This document shows positions 1 through 10,060 of a stretch of DNA of 21,187 nt, piece by piece. A model generated the notes under the pieces. It was given only the letters and a program-made list of their open reading frames with translations, had not been told where the DNA came from and did not search any database. The stretch is taken from the NCBI RefSeq assembly GCF_006345805.1, contig NW_021823770.1, positions 1 to 21,187 on the forward strand. The letters are read 5' to 3'. A program made the translations under genes and the position numbers. This DNA comes from Octopus sinensis (Eukaryota). How positions within the stretch are numbered: position 1 is the stretch's first letter; every line of letters begins with the position of its first letter.

Positions 1-131
1 TTCTGCTGAAGAGCGTAGGCTCGAAACGTAAAAGAGTTTCTCACCTTCACGAGAGTCAAACTAATACATTTGTTTGTTTACACACCTGTCTTCGTCTTTT
101 GTTTTGTTTGCTTTTTTATGTAAATTCCAAC
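1..131 (+). mobile_element. Probable 3' end of a Penelope-like/non-autonomous retroelement with a degenerate minimal hammerhead motif, followed by (TA)n
   Basis: CTGAAGA (6-12), short hairpin GAGC-GTAG-GCTC, GAAAC (23-27), GTA (28-30) with palindromic ACGT; then a T-rich tail and (TA)n. Truncated by the window start and stem I pairs poorly. Confidence 0.45.
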
Positions 132-175
132 TATATATATATATATATATATATATTTAATATATATATATATAT

Positions 176-212
<37 letters not shown>
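132..212. repeat. (TA)n microsatellite
   Basis: Nearly pure TA dinucleotide run. Confidence 0.97.
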
Positions 213-216
<4 letters not shown>

Positions 217-327
217 CCTTTGAACGTGACAATGGACTAATACTCGCTGGAATCCATTGAATTCTCATTTTAACTTGTCTGCAATTGAACAATGTGATAA
301 CAAGAAATGTGAAGCCTTTGAAAGTTT

Positions 328-417
328 TCTCCTGATGAAAAGGTGTTGCCTTTGGATTTCCTTAATGGATTGTACATTAACAATGTAAAACAGCATCCTT
401 TGAAACGATCGTAGGGA
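328..417 (+). ncRNA. Type I hammerhead ribozyme motif (Penelope-like, palindromic stem III)
   Basis: Stem I TCTC(328-331)/GGGA(414-417); core CTGATGA (332-338); stem II AAAGGTGTTG(339-348)/CAGCATCCTTT(391-401), 10 bp with one bulge; GAAA (402-405); stem III palindrome ACGATCGT (405-412); cleavage triplet GTA (411-413). Confidence 0.72.
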
Positions 418-1240
418 TGGGCTTGAATGGACTCTGTTCTGGTTACTTTACACTTAATTTTTTTATGTTTATACTCTTGTATTTTTATATACTTATATTA
501 TTTTAGCTCCATTGCTTTAAATTTTTAGTCGCCTTCATTATGCATGAATTTGTTCCATATATTTTTCTTCATTCGACTTCACTCATATTACCCTTTCAGG
601 TTTTATCAACTTTTATTCGTGTATATCTGTATATTCTATACTATTGGGTTTTATCATTGGGTGCCTTGTTGTTTTAATATATATTATATATATTTATATT
701 CCATTTTTGATAATTTGAGAATGATATAAAGTTGTTTTGATCAATTGGAGTGTTTATTCATTATGCCTTTCAAGTTCTCTCTCCCTCTTTCTCCATTTCT
801 CTTGCTTACACGTGACCATCATCCATCTTTCTCTTCCTCACGTGATCATCTTTCTTTTCTTTCAGGACTGTCCAAAGGACAGCACGTATCATATCTCTCT
901 CTTCTACCTTTTCTCTTGTCAAAAAAAAATATTTCTCCAGTGTTCACTATTTTACCCTCGTTCTGGTCTAACGACCCTCCATGTTTGTTTTCGTTCGGTT
1001 TCCTTGTATCTCTCCATTGTCCAGTTTTTGGTCCCAACTTTGATCCTCCATAAATCCCAAATTTTATTTTGGTACATATGGGAGCAACTGTCTTCGAAGA
1101 CTCATACTGTCGTTCAATGGTCGAAATAAGGAGTAGATAGACAACCGACAACTGATGAAGGGTCTTTCTTTGGGTTACGTGTCCTGTTTTCCATTTGTTT
1201 CTCTTGTTGTTTGTGTATTGAACTCATTTGTTTTCGTATT

Positions 1241-1288
1241 TCATGTTGTTTACTGTTGGTGACGTCCTGTACCCATATATGCATATAT
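1241..1288 (+). repeat. End of an unclassified interspersed repeat running into (TA)n
   Basis: GTGACGTCCTGTACCCATATATGCATATAT (1259-1288) recurs as an exact reverse complement at 4393-4422. Confidence 0.7.
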
Positions 1289-1303
1289 ATATATGTATAT
1301 ATA

Positions 1304-1343
<40 letters not shown>

Positions 1344-1352
1344 TATATATAT
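1283..1352. repeat. (TA)n microsatellite
   Basis: TA run with few interruptions. Confidence 0.95.
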
Positions 1353-1489
1353 AAGAAGTGCCTTTTCGTTGCTCAAGGGTAATTTATACAAACAGACAGA
1401 CGGACCGATCAGGGTTCCCCCACTAGGACTTACGCGCGTGGCACTGTATTTAACCACATTAAAAAAAAACAGAAAAATACCAAGATACA

Positions 1490-1906
1490 GGCACAGGAGT
1501 GGCTGTTTGGTAAGTAGCTTGCTTACCAACCACATGGTTCCGGGTTCAGTCCCACTTCGAGGCACCTTGGGCAAGTGTCTTCTACTATAGCCTCTGGCCG
1601 ACCAAAGCCTTGTGAGTGGATTTGGTAGACGGAAACTGAAAGAAAACCGTCGTATATATGTATATGTATATATATGTGTGTGTGCTTGTGTGTCTGTTTG
1701 TCTTCCCCACCAACATTGCTTGACAACCGATGCTGATGTGTTTACGTCCCCGTAAATTAGCGGTTCGGCAAAAAAGAGACCGATAGAATACGTACTGAGG
1801 CTTACAAAGAATAAGTCCCGGGGTCGATTTGCTCGACTAAAGGTGGTGCTCCAGCATGGCCGCAGTCAAATGACTGAAACAAGTAAAAGAGTAAAAAGAG
1901 TAAAGA
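1490..1906 (+). mobile_element. Full-length tRNA-derived SINE (octopus-type; family not assigned)
   Basis: A-box-like TGGCTGTTTGG and B-box-like GGTTCAGTCCC in the head, internal (TA)/(TG) microsatellite, 3' stem-loop CAGTCA-AA-TGACTG (1863-1876), AAGAGTA tail repeats; collinear second copy at 7745-8155. Confidence 0.9.
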
Positions 1907-3057
1907 TATATATATACACCAGATATGTAGATGATATACTAGTTGTAATGGATACAGTTGAACAAATTGAGAGACTAAAGCAATAATTAGAAAACACCTG
2001 TACTAAAATTTAGCATCCAAAATGATAGCTGACCTCGCTTTTAGACATAAATATACAGATAAAAAAAGACTGGTGCATTGCGTCAGCTTACACGAAGGAA
2101 TCAAACAGATGAATATAATTACCTGGAGATACTGAATGCCCACGCAACTATTAGATGTCAATGGTAAAATGAACCATCAGAAGAGCATTTTGTTCTCGTC
2201 TACAAACAATACATTGGAGAAAAGAATGTATAGAATAAAGCAAGCAATAATAACGGAGACTAATGGATCAAACTATAGAAGAATGCAGCCACAAATATAT
2301 CAGAGAATACACCTAACAGAAGTCCCCAAGCAACGCATGAAATTATATCACATGAACCAAACGCACAAAAACTATCGTACGGATGAACATATTGATTAAA
2401 ACCTTGGTAAAACATAACACAAAGTTTAATAAATAGTATATTACCCACACCACAAACCCTCCACATCAATAACAGACCATAAATAAGTAAACCCGGGAGC
2501 AAACTGTGGATGGTTGATATGATTTATAAAGTTGCAAGGTTCTGGACCTAACTGTTAGAATGTTGGTCAGACCAGTTCAACACTTTCATGTAAGCTCACC
2601 AGCTATTGTACAATATTACACATCCCACCACCAAACATTAAATAGCTAATTACTAGAGGAGAATATGTATATACTTATTAAAATTCCACGTAAAAACAGA
2701 AGATTAATTATGGAAAACATAGTCATATCGTAACATCGCGTTAAATTAACGCGAAAAAAAAAAAACCACGCATGTCAAAAAATTAACACGGAGTTACGGA
2801 GATCGCAACAAAAAAATCAACACATGACTGTTGATGCATGAAGCTAAGAGTATAAGAAACATTTGACGAGAAAGCTAACACGAAATCAGTGAGTGTATTA
2901 GAAACAATAGAGACGCCAAATATAATCAATTCTTGAAAATGAGAGAATGGAAACGTCGATTATGAATTTAGAAGATCTATTGTTCAAAACACATCGCAAA
3001 AAATTTATAAAATACGAAAAATACAAAAAAGAAACTAAGACATAGTTGTGTATTTAA

Positions 3058-3059
<2 letters not shown>

Positions 3060-3141
<82 letters not shown>

Positions 3142-3163
3142 TATAATATATATATATATATAT
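3060..3163. repeat. Compound (TA)n(TC)n(TA)n microsatellite
   Basis: Directly visible. Confidence 0.95.
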
Positions 3164-3166
3164 GTA

Positions 3167-3374
3167 ATAGGTTGGTGCATAATTATTGTGGCTTTTTTTT
3201 TCAATAAATTTTATTCAACAAAAAAATTAAACAAGATACCAAGCAGTAATTGAAGTAGATGGTGAATATCCTCCGGAATAATCATTTAAAGATGTTTTTG
3301 TTAAATGTTGTTATTGTTTTTGTTCAATAAAATCTATTGAAAAAAAAAAGCCGCAATAATTATGCACCAACCTA

Positions 3375-3375
<1 letters not shown>
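3167..3375 (+). mobile_element. Mariner (Tc1/mariner) internal-deletion derivative / MITE
   Basis: Roughly 55-bp imperfect TIRs starting (T/A)TAGGTTGGTGCATAATTATTG(C/T)GGC, TA target duplication (3165-3166, 3376-3377), and 3240-3281 translating to QAVIEVDGEYPPE*, resembling a mariner transposase C-terminus. Confidence 0.88.
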
Positions 3376-3406
<31 letters not shown>

Positions 3407-3492
3407 ATTTAACTATATATGTATATATATGTGTATATATATGTATATATGTATAAATGTGTGTGTATATATATGTATGTATATATACACAC
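3376..3492. repeat. Compound (TA)/(TG) microsatellite
   Basis: Directly visible. Confidence 0.9.
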
Positions 3493-4045
3493 AAGCGCGC
3501 ACATGCATTTGCATACACACATTCGCACCCACCCACCCATCCACACATAAGAGCATCATTTCTTTTCTCTTTCAAATTATTATGCTTGCTGCATTTTACT
3601 CAAGCCGTCGCAAGAACATTCCACCTTTCCGTTTCCATATTGCTCTTCTTACGACGCAGCAACTTTTTGCTGGTTTTTATCTTCACGATTTTGCTTCTTG
3701 CAGATTGCGTTGTACAACTGTTTTGGCCATGACATCGTGCGTCACAAGTACACATAATACAGTGATGACATTTTTCGGACAGTTACATATGAGGTGAGTC
3801 TTTATACTGCTAGTGTTAATTCCACTGTTTCTGCAGCGTTGGTTGTATTTAGGTGGCTTCCTGCATTCTCGTCTCTTTCAGTACAGTATACATTTCGTTA
3901 TTTCCTGTTGCTGTGGAACAGACGCGCAAACTTCAAAGAGAAAGCTAATATCTCAGTTGTTAGCCTAAGTTTAACTACCTTGATTATCAACATTGCTGTC
4001 ACTGTGAAGCTTTCTGGGAATATAGCCATGTATGACCTTTTGCTC

Positions 4046-4221
<176 letters not shown>

Positions 4222-4369
4222 AGAAAGCTGCGGCGAAAGTGTACAGCAGGGATCGCCACCATCCCCTGCCGGAGCCTCGTGGAGCTATAGGTGGTTTCGC
4301 TCAATGAACACTCACAATGGCCGGTCTGGGAATCGAAACCACGATCCTACAACCGCGAGTCCGCTGCCT
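4222..4369 (-). mobile_element. Partial tRNA-derived SINE (second family; 5' A box lost)
   Basis: Minus strand reads AGGCAGCGGACTCGCGGTTGTAGGATCGTGGTTTCGATTCCCAGACC..., i.e. a tRNA-like region with B box GGTTTCGATTCC, flanked by microsatellites. Confidence 0.7.
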
Positions 4370-4392
4370 TGTGTGTGTGTGTGTGTGTATAC

Positions 4393-4440
4393 ATATATGC
4401 ATATATGGGTACAGGACGTCACAAAATGTTAACAACATAC
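4393..4440 (-). repeat. Second copy (inverted) of the repeat end at 1241-1288
   Basis: 30-bp exact reverse-complement match with further partial similarity (ATGTTGTT). Confidence 0.7.
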
Positions 4441-4454
4441 GCATAGACATATAC

Positions 4455-4560
4455 ATGTATGCATGCATGTATGTATGCATGTATGTATGCATGTATGTAT
4501 GTATGTATGTATGTATGTATGTATGTATGTATGGATGGATGGATGGATGGATGGATGGAT
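4455..4560. repeat. (TATG)n(TGGA)n microsatellite
   Basis: Directly visible. Confidence 0.95.
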
Positions 4561-4732
4561 TGATGTGGGTGTATATAAAATCAACAATGTTATATAATGC
4601 AAAACGTTGAGATTATTATATTCAGATCCTTGAGCCTTCTGGTTTCATGGTTTTCAAGAATTATCAGAAGAGCAACCATTTAATTAATTGAAGCAAGGTG
4701 TTAAAAAGACTGTTCACAAATACACACCTGGC

Positions 4733-5195
4733 ACATATATATATACACAATCATACGCGCGCGCACACACACATACCGCGCGGAAACAGTTATCCATATA
4801 TTATATATGTGTACACACACACACATATATATGTGTGTGTTGTGTGTGTGTGTATCTATATATATATATATATATAATATATATATATATATAATATATA
4901 TATATTATATATATTATATATAGTATATTTTATATATATATTTGCATACATATATACACCATACATATATATGCATACATATATATACACACATATATTA
5001 TATGCATACCTATATATATACACACACATATAATATATGCATACACATATATATATACACACACAATATATATGCATATATATATATATATATATATTAC
5101 ATATATGCATGCATGTATATATATATACATACATACACACAAAGATACATTGCTGTGTTTATAAGTATATATATATATATGTACATATGTAGAAT

Positions 5196-5234
<39 letters not shown>

Positions 5235-5403
5235 CCTACCTATCTATCTCTCTATCTATCAATCTATAATATACATACATAATACATACATACATACATA
5301 TAACATACATATATACATACATATATACCATACATATATACATCCATATATACATACATGCATGCATTTATTTATTTATATATATATATATATGTTATAT
5401 ATA

Positions 5404-5436
<33 letters not shown>

Positions 5437-5463
5437 CATATATATTGTGTGTGTGTTGTGTGT
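4733..5463. repeat. Long compound (TA)/(CA)/(TG)/(CATA) low-complexity tract
   Basis: Alternating purine-pyrimidine repeats throughout. Confidence 0.92.
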
Positions 5464-5535
5464 ATTCTATAAATGAATCGCTATAACTACAACAGGGTTG
5501 GGTATCCATGACCATCACAACCGCAACATCGCTGC

Positions 5536-5628
5536 CACCACCATCACCACCACCACCACCACCACCACCACCACCACAACAACAACAACAACAACAACAA
5601 CAACATCAGTAGCAGCAGCAGCAGCAGC
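5536..5628. repeat. (CAC)n(CAA)n(CAG)n trinucleotide microsatellite
   Basis: Directly visible. Confidence 0.95.
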
Positions 5629-5751
5629 TCCTGATTCAGTAATAATTCGAGAAAAACAAATTTATTTACAGCTTTTGGTGTTACTTTGCTAATTTAAAAA
5701 AAAAAAGAAGTTTAAAGTTTAAAAAAAAAACACATACATTTTATTTACTAT

Positions 5752-5753
<2 letters not shown>

Positions 5754-5794
<41 letters not shown>

Positions 5795-5820
5795 TATATA
5801 TGTACCACATAAATGAATGG

Positions 5821-5851
<31 letters not shown>

Positions 5852-6090
5852 TATATGTTATATACACATGTTATATACACATGTTATATATGTACGCATC
5901 TAGGCTGTATGTATGTACGTATGTATGTATGTATGTATGTATGTATGTATGCATGTATGTATGTACGTATTTATGTATACATGTGTGTGTGCACGTGTAT
6001 TCGTGCGTGAATGTGTTTGTGTGCGTGTTTGTGCGAGTACTTGTGTGTGCGTGTGCGTGTGTGTGTGTTCTGTGTGTCTGTGTGTGTGTT
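5754..6090. repeat. Compound (CA)/(TA)/(TATG)/(TG) microsatellite
   Basis: Directly visible. Confidence 0.92.
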
Positions 6091-6161
6091 TTACTACATT
6101 TTTCACAAGCTCGCCATGTTTGTTTGAAGTAAAAAAGGTGACTCGGTGCAACTTTTGTCGA

Positions 6162-6251
6162 CGAAGAAGAAAGTAAGAAAGTAAGAAAGAAAGGAAGGAA
6201 GGAAGAGAGAGAAAGAAAGGAAGACGGACAGACAGAGAGAGAGAGAGAAGA
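6162..6251. repeat. Purine-rich (GAAA)/(GGAA)/(GA) tract
   Basis: Directly visible. Confidence 0.85.
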
Positions 6252-6460
6252 ACTCTAGAATAGCAAAGATGATGGAGAATATGACATTGAGGAGGCTGGC
6301 TTATATGGAAGCTTTATTTAAAACATTTATTATTGGTGTTGTTGTTGTTTTTGTTGATGCTGTTGATGTTTTTCCAAATTATAAATGCTGTTGTTATCAT
6401 TATTAACATTATTGCTGGTTTTTTTTTGTGTCTCATTGTTGACAATCTTGTTCTTGTTTC

Positions 6461-6722
6461 TGGTGGTGGTGGTGGTGGTGACGGTGGTGGCGGTGGTATT
6501 GTCACAGTCATAGTCGTCGTCGTCGTCGTCGCCATCATCATTGCCATCGTCGTCATTATCATCATCATCATCGTCGTCGTCATCGTCGTCATAATCGTCA
6601 TCATCACAACCATCACTATCATCATTGTCCTTGTCATCATCATCATCATCGTCGTCGTCAGCATCATAACTACTGTCACCACCACCACCACAACCACCAC
6701 CACCACCACCACCACCACCACC

Positions 6723-6756
<34 letters not shown>

Positions 6757-6917
6757 TCGTCGTCGTTGTCGTCAGCATCATAACTACTGTCACCACCACC
6801 ACCACCACCACCATCACCACCACCATCATCATCATCATCATCATCATCATCGTCGTCGTCGTCGTCGTCATCGTTGTCAGCATCATAACTATTGTCACCA
6901 CCACCACCACCACCACC

Positions 6918-6951
<34 letters not shown>

Positions 6952-7227
6952 TCGTCGTCGTTGTCAGCATCATAACTACTGTCACCACCACCACCACCAC
7001 TACCATCATCATCATCATCATCATCATCATCGTCGTCGTCGTCGTCGTCGTCATCGTTGTCAGCATCATAACTATTGTCACCACCACCACCACCACCACT
7101 ACCATCATCATCATCATCATCATCATCATCGTCGTCGTCGTCGTAGTCGTCATCGTTGTCAGCATCATAACTACTGTCATCACCACCACCACCACCACCA
7201 TTATCATCATCATCATCATCGTCGTCG

Positions 7228-7280
<53 letters not shown>

Positions 7281-7307
7281 GTCACCTTCACCATCATCAT
7301 CATCATC

Positions 7308-7354
<47 letters not shown>

Positions 7355-7362
7355 AGCAGCAG
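6461..7362. repeat. Compound (CAC)/(CAT)/(CGT) trinucleotide array with higher-order units
   Basis: Six copies of GTCAGCATCATAACTA(C/T)TGTCA at 6657, 6771, 6876, 6963, 7059, 7158 separated by variable triplet runs. Confidence 0.93.
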
Positions 7363-7427
7363 CATTACGCTAAGTGTTTTTGGTATTGTAATTTTTTTTT
7401 AGGTTGTTATTCTTTTTGTTGTGACTT

Positions 7428-7521
7428 TTGTTTTCGTTGTTTTTGTTGTTGCTTTCTTTTGTTTTTGCCGTCGTCGTTGTTGTTGTTGTTGTTGTGTTGT
7501 TGTTGTTGTTGTTGTTGTTGT
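7428..7521. repeat. (GTT)n-rich tract
   Basis: Directly visible. Confidence 0.88.
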
Positions 7522-7744
7522 GGCTATTATCTTGTAGATGTGGTTGTCACTGTTGGTTTTTGATGTTCTTGTTGCTGGCTGTAGTGAAGAAACCAGCTGT
7601 CGTTCACTGGCACCAGTTCAACTTCAATCAAGCGTGCCCGCAATCAAAAGTCGTTCTAGCCATGGCCATCCCGTCCTTTCATACGTCGATGACAACATTA
7701 TCTAAAATGTCCATCCACTTTAAAAATATTCAACGTGAATATAG

Positions 7745-8155
7745 GGCGCAGGAGTGGCTGTGTGGTAAGTAGCTTGTTTACCAACCACATGGTTCCGGGT
7801 TCAGTCCCACTGCGTGGCACCTTGGGCAAGTGTCTTCTACTGTAGCCTCCGGCCCATCAAAGCCTTGTGAGTGGATTTGGTAGACGGAAACTGAAAGAAG
7901 CCCGTCGTATATATGCATATATATATGTGTGCGTGTATGTTTGTGTGTCTGTGTTTGTCCCATCCAACATCGCTTGAGAACCGATGCTGGTGTGTTTATG
8001 TCCCCGTAAATTAGCGGTTCGGCAAAAGAGACCGATAGAATAAGTACTGGGCTCACAAAAAAGAATAAGTCCCGGGGTCGAGTCGCTCGATTAAAGGCGG
8101 TGCTCCAGCATGGCCGCAGTCAAATGACTGAAACAAGTAAAAGAGTAAAGAGAGT
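7745..8155 (+). mobile_element. Full-length tRNA-derived SINE, same family as 1490-1906
   Basis: Collinear and highly similar to 1490-1906, including the head boxes, internal microsatellite, 3' stem-loop (8117-8130) and AAGAGTA tail. Confidence 0.9.
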
Positions 8156-8216
8156 GATTTAAGAGAAACTTGGCTGCTATTACTAACAGATCTTGTGACC
8201 GTGCGGGGCCTTTCAC

Positions 8217-8404
8217 TATCTTTTATTTTTACGTGTTTCGGTCACTGGACTGCGACCATGTTGGAGCACCGCTTTGAAGGGTTTTAGTCAAGCAAATTGA
8301 CCCCCGTACTTATTTTCTGAACTCTGGTACGTATTCTATCGGTCTCTTTTGCCGAACCACTAAGTTGCGACGATATAAATATATTAACTGTATCTGTCAG
8401 CTGA
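8217..8404 (-). mobile_element. Diverged 3' half of a related SINE, antisense
   Basis: Reverse complement contains GGTTCGGCAAAAGAGACCGATAGAATACGTAC and GCGGTGCTCCAACATGGTCGCAGTCCAGTGACCGAAAC, matching the SINE tail. Confidence 0.85.
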
Positions 8405-8642
8405 TCGAAAGACAAAGGTCGATACAGCAATTTCAGTATTACAGCCACACTGGATGTGAGAGTCAGGTGGAAGTGAGAGAGTGAGGGTATGTTATGTGTC
8501 ACCCACAAGTAAAGTATTACAGACATGCCATGCCGCAAAGTGGGGTGCCAGTGAAGTGGGGCGCCAGTATGTTATGTGGATATACCGTGTCTTAGAGTGG
8601 GATGGTAATGGGGTTATATTGGGTGTTACCCACATTTCCACT

Positions 8643-8684
8643 ATCATCATCATCGTCGTCGTCATCGTCCTCCTCCTCCTCATC

Positions 8685-8745
<61 letters not shown>

Positions 8746-8769
8746 ACACCATCATCGTAGCAGTAGAGC

Positions 8770-8800
<31 letters not shown>

Positions 8801-8846
8801 TGTGTATGTGTGTGTGTATGTGCGTGTGTGTGTGTGTGTGTGTGTG
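8643..8846. repeat. (CAT)n followed by (TG)n microsatellites
   Basis: Directly visible. Confidence 0.95.
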
Positions 8847-9096
8847 GAATATGGATATGTTTTATGGTAGTGTGGAACGTTAGTGTGTTCATGTGGAAAT
8901 GTCTTTTAGTCACAAAATCAATGTGACTGTTATAATTGTGGTGGTGGCCACGGCTGTCATGGCTCAGGTAGACCCAACATCCGGGCCAAGACCCAACATT
9001 TGCTCTTCCTTCTACATTCATCTTTGTGTTTGGAGCTAATTATGTTATGAGTGTTATTGCCGTTGTTGTTGATGTATGTGCATTTTGTTGTTTGCG

Positions 9097-9275
9097 AGGA
9101 GGCGTGGCCTGGTGGTTCAGGTGCATCACTCACGATCGCGAGGTTGTGCTTTCAATCATCGGACCGGGTGGTCCATTATGTTTTTCAGCAAAACACTCAC
9201 GTTGCTCGGCCATCTCTTTAACACCTGGCGCGCGGCACATCGTGCACTTGTCAATTTGCTAGCGGAGGGGAGCTA
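9097..9275 (+). mobile_element. Old, diverged tRNA-derived SINE fragment
   Basis: GGAGGCGTGGCCTGGTGGTT with A box TGGCCTGGTGG (9105-9115) and a degenerate B box (GCTTTCAATC) at tRNA-like spacing; 3' boundary uncertain. Confidence 0.55.
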
Positions 9276-10060
9276 TTGTACACCACATACTTTTGATCCC
9301 TAAAAACATACCATTTGATCAGGTTGTTCAACAAGAAATTGCAGAACCATCTTTCTCAGACTCCGGGAGACTACCATCATTCTGTTGAACTTAGTATGAA
9401 CTTAGTACAAAAGATAATGTTATTAGATGGTGTTATAGTAGTGTTTTATGAGCGTCATAGTAGTGCCGTAGGGGTGTTCTGGTAGTGTTGTGGTTGTCGT
9501 ATTAGTACTGGATGTGTAGTGTAGTCATTTGGGGGCGAGTAAATAGGGTAGTATTGTAACAGTATTGTGGAGTGTCGTATTAGAGTTGTGAGGTGTTGTG
9601 ACAACGTTGTATACTGTTGTACTCGCATTGTAGTGAATGTTTTGGAGTATAGTTGAAGAGTTCTCTTGCCGCAGAGTTCTAGGCTGTTTTAGTAGCATTT
9701 TGGGATATTGTAGTTGTATCGAGGCGTCCTCTGGTTTTGTAAAGGTTTTGTGGAGTTTTCTACTTGTGATCTTGTGTGTTATACGATATTGCAGTTGTGA
9801 TGCAGTGTGTTGCTGCAGTGTCCCTGGAGTCTTGTCGTAGCGTTTTGGGATGAATATGGGAAAAGAGTATTGCTAGGATGATGCTGTAGTAATATTTTGG
9901 GTGAGGGGGGGAGAGGTGTAGCTGCATATGGGTGTTTGGGTGCGATTGTACAAGTAGTGTGGACGACTATGAGGAGAACAGCTTCGTTCAGCAAAGTATT
10001 TCATTTGGAGTGTTTGTTTTAGTTTATTGCCTTGATAGTGAGGATGTGCCTTGCATATAA

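Noticed and set aside
1085-1165. Partial hammerhead-like words (TCGAAGA...GGTCGAAA; CTGATGAAGGG at 1152)
   Set aside because: No complete core with consistent stems could be assembled.
1490-1565. tRNA gene
   Set aside because: No proper cloverleaf; it is the head of a repeated SINE.
3700-3880. Cys-rich minus-strand peptide reminiscent of a piggyBac C-terminal domain
   Set aside because: Cys/His spacing is unconvincing, frames are broken, and no TTAA/TIR or DDD domain is seen.
6657-7180. CRISPR-like repeat/spacer appearance
   Set aside because: Spacers are simple triplet runs of 65-92 bp, the context is eukaryotic, and there are no cas genes.
6314-7373. 346-aa ORFs on both strands
   Set aside because: Translations of CAT/CAC/CGT triplet repeats, with no domain or complex sequence.
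9420-9960. GT-skewed region as a possible element or exon
   Set aside because: Looks like a decayed GTA/GTT-type simple repeat, with no terminal or coding signatures.
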